This document shows positions 1 through 11,051 of a stretch of DNA of 64,000 nt, piece by piece (position 1 is the stretch's first letter; each line of letters begins with the position of its first letter). The translations under genes were made by a program, and so were the position numbers. This DNA comes from Dicyema japonicum. Taxonomy: Eukaryota; Animalia; Dicyemida. The notes below the pieces were generated by a model that was not told the DNA's origin, did no database searches, and saw nothing but the letters and a program-made list of their open reading frames with translations. The DNA lies in contig RDEW01000019.1 in NCBI GenBank assembly GCA_011109175.1, forward strand, positions 1,016,247 through 1,080,246. Reading direction: 5' to 3'.

Positions 1-250
1 TTTGATGAAAATAACATCCCAATTCTAGAATGGGTTCCGCATTCTCCAGACATAAACCCAATGGAACACGTTTGAAAAAATCAAAAATTTTCATTAGACC
101 AGGCGAAAATAAACTTGATCTCCAAGTCACATTAATCAAAATTTGGAACGAATTGCCATCTGAAAACATTCGAAAAAATATAATAAAATTATTCCAACTA
201 TTTAATTATGCCACATAGCGCCAACGTTTATGTGGTGTGGCTACTTGAAT
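1..250 (+). mobile_element. Tc1/mariner transposase C-terminal fragment (decayed, runs off window start)
   Basis: Frame 1 reads FDENNIPILEWVPHSPDINPMEHV*K, matching the Tc1 WPxxSPDLNPIExxW motif around the last catalytic residue; after a frameshift it continues IKIWNELPSENIRK. Confidence 0.8.
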
Positions 251-574
251 TAAAGTTATTTTCATCTTTTCCTCCTCTTCCCTTTTGTCTCACAGGAGCT
301 TTAAGTGTCAGCGTGCATAACGTGGTTCACCACTTCTGGTGGTGGCAGATATAATCCTAAATTATATCCAGAAAGGACTATTAGTCTAAAACCATCAAGT
401 AGACTTCCTTTAAGTCCGAGTATGCGAAGAATGCTGATGGAGGCCGAGATCACCTATTTTTTTTAATTCTGGCTATGACGGTGGTTTTTTGGTCTAATAA
501 ATTTAATTTAATTATGTTTATAATTATTATTCACCATATCCCAACTAGTCATACAATTAACTTAATTAATTGTT

Positions 575-812
575 AGAGTCATTATCGCTGGTGCTATGTG
601 GATAGTTTGTCAAAATTATTTTTTTTCTTCCGATGGCGTCACTGGATCCACCTTACTGAGGAGGCGCCCAATGCCTGGCCAGCATCAAGAGGATCCAACA
701 ATTCTTCCCCGGGGACAACGTCGTTACCTGGTGACAAGTTCTGGAATGCTGGAACGAGTCAGGATCGAGGAGTTAGTTAGTTTTGTTACGCTTGGTTTTT
801 TGAAATAATTTA
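575..812 (+). mobile_element. 3' remnant of an I-group-like LINE
   Basis: Ends in ggatcgaggagttagttagttttgttacgcttggttttttgaaataattt, resembling the 3' tail of the LINE ending at ~50,224. The coding part was not recognised. Confidence 0.4.
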
Positions 813-1269
813 AATTTTTTAATTGTTATCTTCTTAGTGTATCCGGGGTTAATAAATAAATTAATTTTAACTAGTCATCTAACAAAAACTATATTTTAAC
901 AGCTCGCACACATCAAGCCTATATCGAATCTCCAGAAACTGTAAAACACTCAGTTTTACATTGGCCGGTCTGTATACTCTTTGATATCCAAAATCCTGGC
1001 ACTTTCTAAAATTAAAGATATTCTCATCGTGTCATTTCAATATGGATTCAAAGATGAGAGATTAACATAGATCAGCATGTCATCTTTAGGCAATATGGAA
1101 TATGGATTTTCGACATGGAAATATGAAGATTGTGCTTTATTCATTAACAACACCAAGTTTTCATCTCAGTAACAGATAAGGTTCACTATTATATAAGTTT
1201 AACAGAAATCTCTTAATTTTAAGCTTCGGCAGCATAATTTATCTAATTTTCGACAAAAAAAAGTTAGGA

Positions 1270-2690
1270 AAGCGTGAACAACTTCGGCAAAAAGGAAAAG
1301 TTAGGAACAACCAAGAAAGGAAAACTGGCAAATGAAGGTAAACCGACAGTGAAGACTAAATCAAAGAAAAGGATTGAAATACCCACCAATAAACTATATG
1401 ATATTGTTGTATCAGGACAAGCTGTTTCTTCTAACTTGGCTTATGATTCTCTTGTAGTGAATCTAGTAATTAAAAACATGGCTTTGGGACTGATTAAAGT
1501 TTTAACATAGTGTCGAACTCAGCGACTGCCAGTAAGGCACGAATTACATTAAGCAAATCAGGCATATTTACGCTTGAATTTGCCTCAAAAGAGGATATGG
1601 ACGCTTGTGTCGATGATTTTGGCTTGAGAGAGCTATTTGGTATTGATGGACATGTTTTTACTAATTCTTTCCTATATCTTTCCATTGTTGTTGTGAAGGG
1701 AATCCCTTCTTGGGTCTCAGATGATGACTTAAATCTTTATTTTACAGAAACTCTACGACCTGGTTTCTCTTTCCAACGTTTCATGAAGGACGGGCGCAGT
1801 CTTCCTGTTGGAAAATTAACTTTGAAGTCTAGAGCGGAAACCACGTCACTTGTGAGACTGGGGATGGTGTTTGGGTTCCAGAGAGTTCGTTTTGAATGGT
1901 ACAGAAAACCGGTAACTAGGTACTACCGATACCAAAACTTTGGGCACATTGCGAATTTCTCTAAGGAAAAGGAAAGGTCCTTAATTTGTGGTGAAGAGCA
2001 CAATGTGAACTCTTGTTTGGCTAAGGACAGTGAAAGGAAATGCATTAACTCAAAAGTCATTTGAGTTGTTATGGTGGTTGTTATTCAGCAAAGGCTGCCT
2101 TCAAAGAAAGAAAAACAAAAGACTTGACTAAGAAGATGTTTTGATCCGTTCAGTGGGTTAAAGCTGAGGCTGTTGAAAGTGCTTGGGGAAAATCTACACA
2201 CAGCATAAAATGTGTTTTTTAACCCAAATAGACGCGAAAATGTCGACCGTGGATACTAACCAAACCTCTGACAATACGAACATTGTTGCCAATTACATTA
2301 ACAAAGGGAATACTGTTGGTACTCCTAATCTGGTAAAAGGAATTGATAAATGCTGTTGACAAACTGGTCTATATTTGTGCCGAAAAAGGAAATGACGTCA
2401 GGAACCTGTTAGCCTTCTTATTTGGAAAGGCAGAAGTCTGTTCTTACTATCATTGGGTTGATCGCCCGATCCTTAAAAAGAAGGCGTTCTGAGATTGTGA
2501 ATATGCTATCCACCAATCCCGTTGATATATTAATTGTTAATGAAAAGAGTGAGGATATTTTTCAACTTGAGAGATATTGTTCTCTTGATATAAAATAGAA
2601 GTCTGGATCGGTTGCAGAAAGGGGTACATATTTGTTCTACAGACTAAATCTAAGGGTTCGTAACCTGAAGATTCATTGCCCTCCATTTTA
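1270..2690 (+). mobile_element. 5' part of a LINE: gag-like ORF1 with degenerate zinc knuckles and start of APE endonuclease
   Basis: ORF 1510-2064 ends RYYRYQNFGHIANFSKEKERSLICGEEHNVNSC...KCINS (three decayed CCHC knuckles). About 2445-2545 reads LTIIGLIARSLKRRRSEIVNMLSTNPVDILIVNE, an APE N-terminus. Confidence 0.75.
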
Positions 2691-2990
2691 AGGATCTATC
2701 ATCGTTCTATTACATACATTTTTCGACATCATCCATTCGTATTCATAAATATTTTTGATGTATTGATGATTAAGAAGTTCGTTAAATTCCAATTGAATTG
2801 ATTAAGGTATAAAACACCAAATGATCCATTACCGACCATTTAAGTATCAATCAACGTTCAATTACTCATTTTTTTCGACATCATCCATTCATGTTCATAA
2901 TTGTGACTTTGATGTATTAATACTTAATAAAGAACTTCGATTAATATCGTATACACCAAATAAATTCATATCCATCCCAAGTGATCTACG
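2690..2990. repeat. Degenerate direct repeat, period ~152 bp, about 2 copies
   Basis: Exact tttcgacatcatccattc at 2721 and 2873, with further matching blocks (tttgatgtatt, aagaa(g/c)ttcg) at similar spacing. Confidence 0.7.
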
Positions 2991-3116
2991 ATTTAATAAT
3001 TAAATAGTCAAATAATTTTTTTATTATACAATTATCAAAGTTTCATAATATTTGTATTATTTAAAAGACTATAAATACCACTAAATGATATTAATTATTT
3101 AATTAATAACCCCAAT

Positions 3117-4556
3117 TAATTATTTAATTGGAACCCAAAAGCTGTATGAATGCATCGCTAGGATGCTGAATGAAATGTACTATTATAGTCACACGCTGAC
3201 CCTGGGAGAGGGTATCTTGAAACCTGTACAGAAGGCGAATAAACCAAGATCTAAGGAGGAGAACCTCCGTTTGGTCATATTAATGAATTCACTTAGGAAA
3301 ATTCTGGCGAACATAACATTACAAAGGATGGAAGGACGCCTAGATACTTTTCTGTCGCCATACCACAGCGGATTCCGAAAAGGAAGATCTACTTCAGATG
3401 TTTTGTGGTCTCACAAATGGAGATCTGCGGCCGTTCAAAAGTTCAAAATGTCTACAACCATCCTCGGAATCGACATTTCGAGGGCCTTCGACTCTGTCGA
3501 CAGACGGAGGCTAATACTGGTTTTGGAAAGTTTCCTAGACGCTTCCACTGTCAGACTGGCCACCACCCTCCTAGCTGATACTTGGCTCATTGTAGGAGTC
3601 GGGGGAGCCTTGTCTCGCCGATTTGAGACGACTGTTGGCACTCCACAGGGAGACCCATTATCACCTATACTTTTTGTCATATACCTTGAAGCTGCTTTAC
3701 GGGAGTCAAAACCGATAATGGGTGAAAAGACAAACATTATTGCGTATGCTGACGACGTAGACTTTATTTCAAATGACAAAATACCGCTCACCCGCTTGAT
3801 GGAAGAAGTGTCTGGAAGACTAGCCGAATGGTTCCTAACAGTAAATCCGGACAAGACTGACGTAACTGAACTCAAGAGGGAAGAAACAAGGACGGAGGAG
3901 TACTGGCGCAAATGCAAAAAGCTTGGCTCCCTCCTAAGAGACCATGAAGAAATTACGAGAAGGAAAACCCTAGCACAAACTGCCCTCTCCAGATTAAAGA
4001 ACATCTGGCTTCACAAAAAGGGCCTTGACATTATAACAAAAACTCGATTATACAACTCGCTAGTGAAACCCATACTACTATATAACGCTGGTACCTGGGC
4101 CTGCTCAAGAAATGAACTGAAGAGGCTTAATGCGTTTCATAGAGACCAACTACGGCATATGATGTTCGAAAGAAGTCATACGAGGATGTCATCTAATCTT
4201 CTTTATAAGAGGACCAAGACTTCAGAAATTTCTAATGAGATTCTGGATACACGATGGAGGCTTTTCGGTCATATTCTGCGACTGGACCTAGATGCCCCGC
4301 GAACGTAGCCATGGAGGATTACTTCATGTTGGAGGCCCCCGTTTCCGTGGTCGCCCAAGGACGACACTGGCAGTCGTTCTCGACGAGGATCTCAAAGAAA
4401 TGGGACGGCATCTTGGAAGTGGAGAGGATCTGGACTGGTTGCGCGCTGCGGCTTTGAATAGGAGGAAGTGGATGAAACTAACCAGTGATTTGCTAACTTG
4501 TGTTGCACATGCTTTGTCAAGTCCTATGACATAGCGATAAGTGCTTATAATAATAA
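3117..4556 (+). mobile_element. 5'-truncated RTE-like non-LTR retrotransposon (RT and C-terminus) with 13-bp TSD
   Basis: ORF 3163-4308 has GFRKGRST, IDISRAFDSV, GTPQGDPLSP, YADD and KKLGSLL; frameshifted RGRPRTTL end; (TAA)n tail; TSD TAATAACCCCAAT at 3104-3116 and 4557-4569. Confidence 0.92.
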
Positions 4557-4569
4557 TAATAACCCCAAT

Positions 4570-4830
4570 AAGGGAACTCCAAGAAAAAAGAAAACCAACT
4601 AATTAAGTGATCCTGGTACATCTCAAAAGGATCGAGAGGTCTTTCTTGTGTTCCTCCACAGTATCCACGGCTTTCAATCACCTTTCATTAAGATATGAAA
4701 AAAGGTGAGTTGACCTCTATAGGAATCCTATTGATATCGCTCTCGGTATTAGATTATTAGACAGCTTTTTCAGACCTTAGTCATTTTGCCTTTACATTAG
4801 CGTTTTCAACGCAATCATGAGTAATTCGCA
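4570..4830 (-). mobile_element. 3' remnant of an I-group-like LINE, the target of the RTE insertion
   Basis: Reverse complement ends ggatcacttaattagttggttttc...ttattggggttatta, the same 3'-tail motif as the LINE ending at ~50,224. Confidence 0.5.
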
Positions 4831-4931
4831 GTTAAAAAACTTTATAATATTTTTTTATAATTCAAATTAAGAAAATATAAAACTTAACTAAATTTTACCA
4901 ATTTAGAAAAATTATGAATCCCAATTATTTT

Positions 4932-5798
4932 GGTGTCCGGACATTTGGCCGACAGATATTAGCCCGATAGACGTTTAGCCGACAGGAAATTCTGGTTTTT
5001 AAATTCAGAGATAAAATTCAAGATAAAATCACTTACTTAAAGGTTATGAGAAAGCGCAGTCAAAAATTCTACTGGAGTGTAATCATCATATTTTTTAATA
5101 ATACTGTTTATCCTTTTGTTCACATCCTGGTATTTCTTTACTTGTCTTATTGTTATTCCGGCCATCACTTGTTCTACTGTATGCTCCCACTCCCACTGTT
5201 TTTTTCGTATTTTTGCAACAAGCCGACAAACGGTTGGATGTTTTATAGACACTCTTTGTGAAAAAGATCTGTGCCATCCTTCAAGTGAATTCATAGTTCT
5301 TGGGAGGCCTTCTGCCTGTCTGTCGTGTACATTCCACATTTCCAAACTAAACTTCTTCTCCTTCCACGTTGCAAGGCTCCGAACCATGTTGTCTCAAAAT
5401 AGGTCAGAATATCTCCTAACACTTTATCAGTCTCGACATCTATAGTTTCAAGGAGCGCTCGGAAACTCTCAATGACTTGAGGTAAGGAACAAATGCCAGT
5501 GCTTGAATACTTTTGATTAAGTTTGCATTTGCTGGGTCATTATACATGCCTGCAGTCATAGATTTTTATTTTTCGCCTTAAACACTGCCCAAAGTGAAAG
5601 TAGAAAATATTTGTTCATACATTTGTTGAGAATTATCTCGAGCAATAGCGTACACTAATGGAACCGTACATGTTTCACATAATGTAACATGTATAGTGTA
5701 TAACTGAAAACCTAATAGGCCAAATGTCCTAGTACCGTAGGGGTGTGTCGGACAAATGTCTATCGGCCTAATATCTGTAGGCCAAATGTCCTAGTACC
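4932..5798 (-). mobile_element. Internally deleted MULE (Mutator-like) DNA transposon, 867 bp
   Basis: Imperfect ~55-bp TIRs (ggtgtccggacatttggccgacagatattag... / ...ctaatatctgtaggccaaatgtcctagtacc); 8-bp TSD ATTATTTT at 4924-4931 and 5799-5806; ORF 5037-5387 has WNVHDR...LPRTMNSLEGWHRSF...HPTV, the MULE transposase C-terminal motif. Confidence 0.88.
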
Positions 5799-6327
5799 AT
5801 TATTTTAACTAAAGCAGTGGAATGCTGTTCATGTATTGATCCAGATGCGATTTTGATTGATATAATGAGTAATAACGACTCCAATTATTGAAAGGACGAT
5901 GAGTCTGCATGCAATTCCACTTATCAGATGTTTATACGGTTTTTCTGCGGTTGATTGTTCTAGTAAACATCTTTCATCTTAAATTCAGTGGTTTAAATTA
6001 CCATTGCCAATAATTCAAAAGTCAAATCTTCACATAAAGTTGTAACTTGAAAGACAAAATTTCAATAGAAAATATTTTGCTGTAGTTTTGTGTAATTTAT
6101 CCGCAATGATATTGATTGCCTTTTTTAATCAATATGAAGTTTCGATCTACGTACAAACAATTTATATCCTTATTGTTTTTGAATTAAGTACATCAGCCTC
6201 AAGTGTCCAAACATGAATTCCGACAGCCACAAGTTTCAAACTTAAAGTAGATTTCAATTTAAAATAATTTATTTTATACCACTTGCTATATAAAATTATT
6301 AATATTATAAACCCAAGAACACCAATA

Positions 6328-6383
6328 TTATTATTACCTCCAGGATCACTGGTCAAAGAGAATTAAATAAAAAGTTCTCACTA
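6328..6383 (-). mobile_element. 56-bp extreme 3' end of a non-LTR element with (TAA)n tail and 14-bp TSD
   Basis: TSD caagaacaccaata at 6314-6327 and 6384-6397; the insert is homologous to the 3' end of the insert at 16,025-16,156. Confidence 0.85.
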
Positions 6384-6455
6384 CAAGAACACCAATAGTT
6401 AATTTAATTATTAAATTAACTAAATGAATTGATTTTTCAATTTTATTACTTATAT

Positions 6456-9400
6456 ATTTTTTATTTTTTTTAACAAAAAAATTTTTTAACAATTATAAAC
6501 AAATGTCAGTTGAGGAAGCCTGCTGCGTGGATTGCGAACGAGTTCCCTCGGAGTATGGCTATTCCAATCTTTTGTCTTAGCCATAACCCTTCTCGTTGAT
6601 CCCTTTTCTTTCTGGCAAACAATCCTCCGAGTTCGCGCAAGAACTCAGCCGTCATTGGACCAACGGCTCCTAATGACTCGACCGCAACAGGAGTAAATCG
6701 GTAGCGGTCCCCGAGGAAGAATATTCTTAATTTTTAGGTTTTACGCGGTCGAAGCAGCTGCTCCAGGTGTCTGAACCGATTTGAAAAGATTCGTGCTTGA
6801 AAATGTGTCAACACAAGTTGCGTCCCAGACCAAAGATCTTCCGGATGTGTAGAGTAAAAGGGTCATCCCGTCAGGTCTCTTTCCATCTCCTCGATCGAGA
6901 CCCACTGGTTCAAGCTGAGATGGGAAAGCTGTAGCCTTCAGAGCTCTGACGATCACATCGTTCAGAGCTGCGTGACGTAATTCTCTTCCGGCGCTTTTTC
7001 TGCAGGACAGCAGATGCAATCCCTACTATTTTCCCGCATCGGCATCACTGCTCCTGGCAAACGTCTTGTCCTAGCCTTTGAACGATTCCAATCCTTAATG
7101 AATCGTCGTCCAAAAAAGTCCCTAGGTTTGGGCAAAGTATGGCACCAAGCCATGCTCCACTTTCTCCACTTGAAGCTGACACCAAACAAGCCTGACGATG
7201 TTGGTTTGCTTCTTTTTTGAGGTCTTCCAAAATTTTGGAGAAGACAATGTTATCCCAATTACTTTGTTGTGTCTTCGGGGATTTTGAGTCCGGACCCGTT
7301 CCATTTCTAACAAGCTTCGTCAAATGACTCATTCCAGCGAAGTCCAATAGTGTTATGAAGGACTTGCCGTGTCAAATGGCTGCAGCTTGAGAGAGACGAT
7401 AAATATCCGGGTAAGCAACCTCCAGCGCCGATCTTATTCCGACACTCACAAATCCAGAAAGGAAGCTTACATTCTTTCCAACCAAGTTCGTCAAAGCGGA
7501 CGTTAATTAGTGACTCAACAGTTTGTTTGAGAGTATTGTCTATCGAAAGTGGACTGTCGTATTGTTCCTAGCAGAGTGAACATCGGAGTAGATACACAGC
7601 TTGGGTAGTCCGATGTTGTTTCTCATCAAGAAGAAGGATGTGTGAGAGACATGACAATCTTTTCGCGAGGCGTGTTAATTCTTCATTTTTAGAAAGCAGA
7701 TGGTTCTTGAGTTCTTCTTCGTTGAATGGGCATCCGAGGAAATATAATTTGTCAACTGGCACAGTCGGGATCCCAGGAAGCAGTTCGTTAAAAGACTTTT
7801 TGATAGAAAGTCGGTGTTTGGATATGAGACATTTATTAGCTCTGATTTGTTAACATTGATGTCTAAGCCCAAATGTTTTAAAGCGGGTAACGCTTTACGT
7901 AGTGAATTGTACGTTTCCGTGAATGATTCTCCAATTGTGGCATCGTCGAGGTACCAGAGATTTAGCTGTGCATTGATTGATCTCACAACTTCATCAATGG
8001 TCAAGGCAAATAAGAGAGGTCCAAGCGGATCTTCTTGTTGGACCTGCGTTTTTGATTTAATAATTTCATTTTCAAAACCAAAGACATATGTTCCCCATAG
8101 GATAATTTGATAAGAGAAGCTTTGGAGCTTTCTTCCAACACGTTTACATAATTTTATCTCTTCTAAGAGAATTGAATGCATTCTTTATGTCCAACTTGAT
8201 TCCAATGAATATATTTAAAATATTTCTTTGTGTGAAGAAACGCTTTGCTGCATGAACCGTAGCCTCATATCCGTTCTGGATACTAACACCCATTTGTTTA
8301 GGAAAAAAACTCCTCTCCAAGTTGTCGGCTCTCCAGGGTCGATGCTACCTTTGCTCCAAGTCTCCTGAAATAATTCCCGACCGCAATGGGGGGATTCCAC
8401 CATTAGGTTTTTTGAAAGCAGATAGCCTTGCGGAGAAGAGCAATTCTGTGGCAAATTCTAAGATGTCGCCGTTAACCATTTTTCTGATTAGGCCCGTAAT
8501 TGATTTGACAAGGCAGCGTCTTGCTTCCGATGTGTAAGCAAACGTAAGGTCTTTAATATGTCCAGGACGTAACCCTTCCAAGCCTCCGCCGCTGCTAGCG
8601 GCGAAGGAATTTTTTCCGTGGCGCACTTCGGATTCAGTAATAATTATCTCCTTGGTTCCTTCAGGATTCAAAAACTTTTCATAGTCAGTCGGTGCATCTG
8701 GATGCTTTAGTATTAATGTATTTAGGACCTCGGGAGTACAAGACAATACTGTGTCATCGGATGTGATAACTCGTAAGGCTTTCCGCACGTCGCCCTCCAA
8801 AAGTTTCCGGTTTACTCTCTCCTTTAGTTTGTTGGGGGCATCTTTGATGAATGCTCCTCTGGTTTCGACCTCATTGACATTAAGTGGCTGTTCAAGTATT
8901 GCGTGTATGTTATGACAGCTAAAATTCATTATGTTTCGTTTCAGTTTCCCGGATAAATTGAGTCGGGAGTTTGTTTCTTTATTATTGTCATCAGATTCCT
9001 TTGTAGGTATTCCGAGTGCGACAGGTGCAAAGCATATAAGTTTTAGCCAGGATTCCTAACTGTCAGAGGATAGTGCATGATCAATGGCATCTGAAAGACA
9101 CGTTGCTGCGGCAATTCGTACTCCTTTTGGGATTTATACTGGGATCTTCATGGCTTTCCTAAGGTTCGAGATCTTCAAAAGAGTATGGTCTGTATGTGGC
9201 AGTGTAAAGTTTGACTGAGTTATTTTCTCCCGCCTGAGGGCCTCCATTCCAATACAAGAGGGGCACAGCCAACTCGACAGCGTCTCGGCGCAAGCTTTAC
9301 TCATTTTTATGCAGCCCAGATGGGCGAATGATTCACATTGTGTGCAGTTAATCCCATATTTCCTGATGTTCGATTGTCCACATAAAAAACATACCTGATT

Positions 9401-9500
9401 TGTCCGTACTGGATTTGTTCCTCGTACTTTGTCTTCTTTTCGTTCTTTATTTTCCATGAGATTTTTGTTGATCACACCACACCACTTAATAAACGTGTTT
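6456..9500 (-). mobile_element. Near full-length decayed CRE-clade (RLE-type) non-LTR retrotransposon with N-terminal PHD finger
   Basis: Fragments in order: PHD (CFLC...CTQC...HLGC...CPSC), IPKGVRI, GGGLEGLRPGH, FKKPNGGI, QQEDPLGPLLFAL, WYLDD, SGAWL, HLLSCRKSAG...RHAALND, GKRPDGMT...WDATCVDT (RLE). A-rich tail at ~6456-6470. Several stops and frameshifts. Confidence 0.88.
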
Positions 9501-10019
9501 CTTCCTGAAAGTCTTATATATTAAAAATTTATAATTAATTAACTACGCCTTACGGATCTCTGGGACCCTCCGTTCTTAGCTGTGCCGTCATTCATCGATT
9601 ACTTTCACTCGAAGTGATTAGGGGTAAATAAATCAATCAGTTGTTTATTATATACTTTCATATGTTTTAAAAGTCTTTTGATGACAAAACTCTAAAGCTA
9701 AGAGTGGTCAATTTTTGATGCAAAGTTGAGAATGGAGTAATCTGTAGTCTATGAAGAGCAGACCTCATTCCTATGTGAATGGTTAAAGTGACAGTTCTAA
9801 TGATATCTACATCATTATCAACGTGAGGATCCTGAGTTTTGAACAAATAGTAACTAGAGAATTGGATAATTTTAGGAAATTAATCTATTTTTAAACGTTG
9901 TCAATTAACCAAATGGTGTTTTTGATAACACAATTAAAAAGTAGTCAAAACATATTTTTCAATTAAGGTAGCGTCTGGAGTTATGATTGATGAAACAGTA
10001 GATCGATGTCCAAGGCGAA

Positions 10020-10360
10020 GAGTAAGGAGCATAAGGGTTGCCCTGTTGTAAAAGTCTAGGATTCAAGGGTGTGTTGCCCCAAAATCTGTGAGCATGGGGA
10101 ACCATATGAGAAGTTCCTGAAAAACCTGATTGCATGATGCTATCTCAGCGAATGCTATTGAAAATAGTCCAGATGTCCAGCTTACGACTATTTTATTCTG
10201 AGTGTCTGGTGGATTGGTAATGAAATTTCGATTTGAGTGAATTGACGTTTCACATTCTCGAGGAATCATAACTCCGAATTGAGTTGGGCTTAGAATTTTG
10301 CAGCCTGTTAGCGATCTTTGGTTGCTTATAGCGATGTGTCTTTGTGAAGGCAATTAATTT
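10020..10360 (-). mobile_element. Second CRE-like RT fragment
   Basis: LSPTQFGVMIPRECETSIHSNRNF...VVKLDIWTIFNSIR, matching the CRE RT motif QLGVG..GCE.AVH...KLD..AFNSI. Confidence 0.7.
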
Positions 10361-11051
10361 TTATACAGACATGAGTTATCAAGTATAGTCGTAAATCTTT
10401 GCCCGATGAAAGCGGTCAATAAAAGTATTTATTTAATGTAAATATTCCTTATTCGGCAGCAGTAACAGAAGTGAGGTAATTGACGTAAGCCTTATATCTC
10501 AGCACTATCGCTTTCTAGGAATAATGAAATGTCAGATCCCATTTATTTAGTACACCGGGTTCACCGAAAAAGAAAGACAGAAAAAACCTCAGACAGTTAG
10601 GCAAACCTGATTCCTGAAATCAAACGAGCCATCAAGAGTCTTACACTGTGGGGGTGATATTTAGATATATCGAAGAACTCAACAAAAACTATGTGAATTG
10701 TATTAAAAAATTGATATTATAGAGGATTAAACCCCTCATTTATGAAAGAAAATGATCATATATAAAGACATCAATCTTCAATTTAGTAACGATGCCCGTA
10801 ATATAATCTCCTAATTAGCTCACAGAGAAATATACTCTTTACTCCAATACCCACTGTTTCGTGGCGGTTGTGCATAATATCATTGTTTATCTTTTCTTAT
10901 AAGGTTCATTTGCTCACATTTTGATGTAAAATGAAAATAAATATTTCAAATACAGCGATACGAAACTAAATACTCACGATCCAGCAGAGACCAAATCTTG
11001 AATCGATGCTCATTCTTCGAGCAACCAAAACCACATATATAACCGGATGAC

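Noticed and set aside
1222-1240. U6 snRNA-like gcttcggcagca (also ttcggcagca at ~10,452)
   Set aside because: Only 10-12 nt match; no ACAGAGA box or downstream U6 sequence.
3435-4004. Long antisense ORFs (e.g. 3435-4004, 7814-8110, 14080-14364, 58416-58739) as genes
   Set aside because: They are shadows on the opposite strand of retrotransposon coding sequence with no recognisable motifs.
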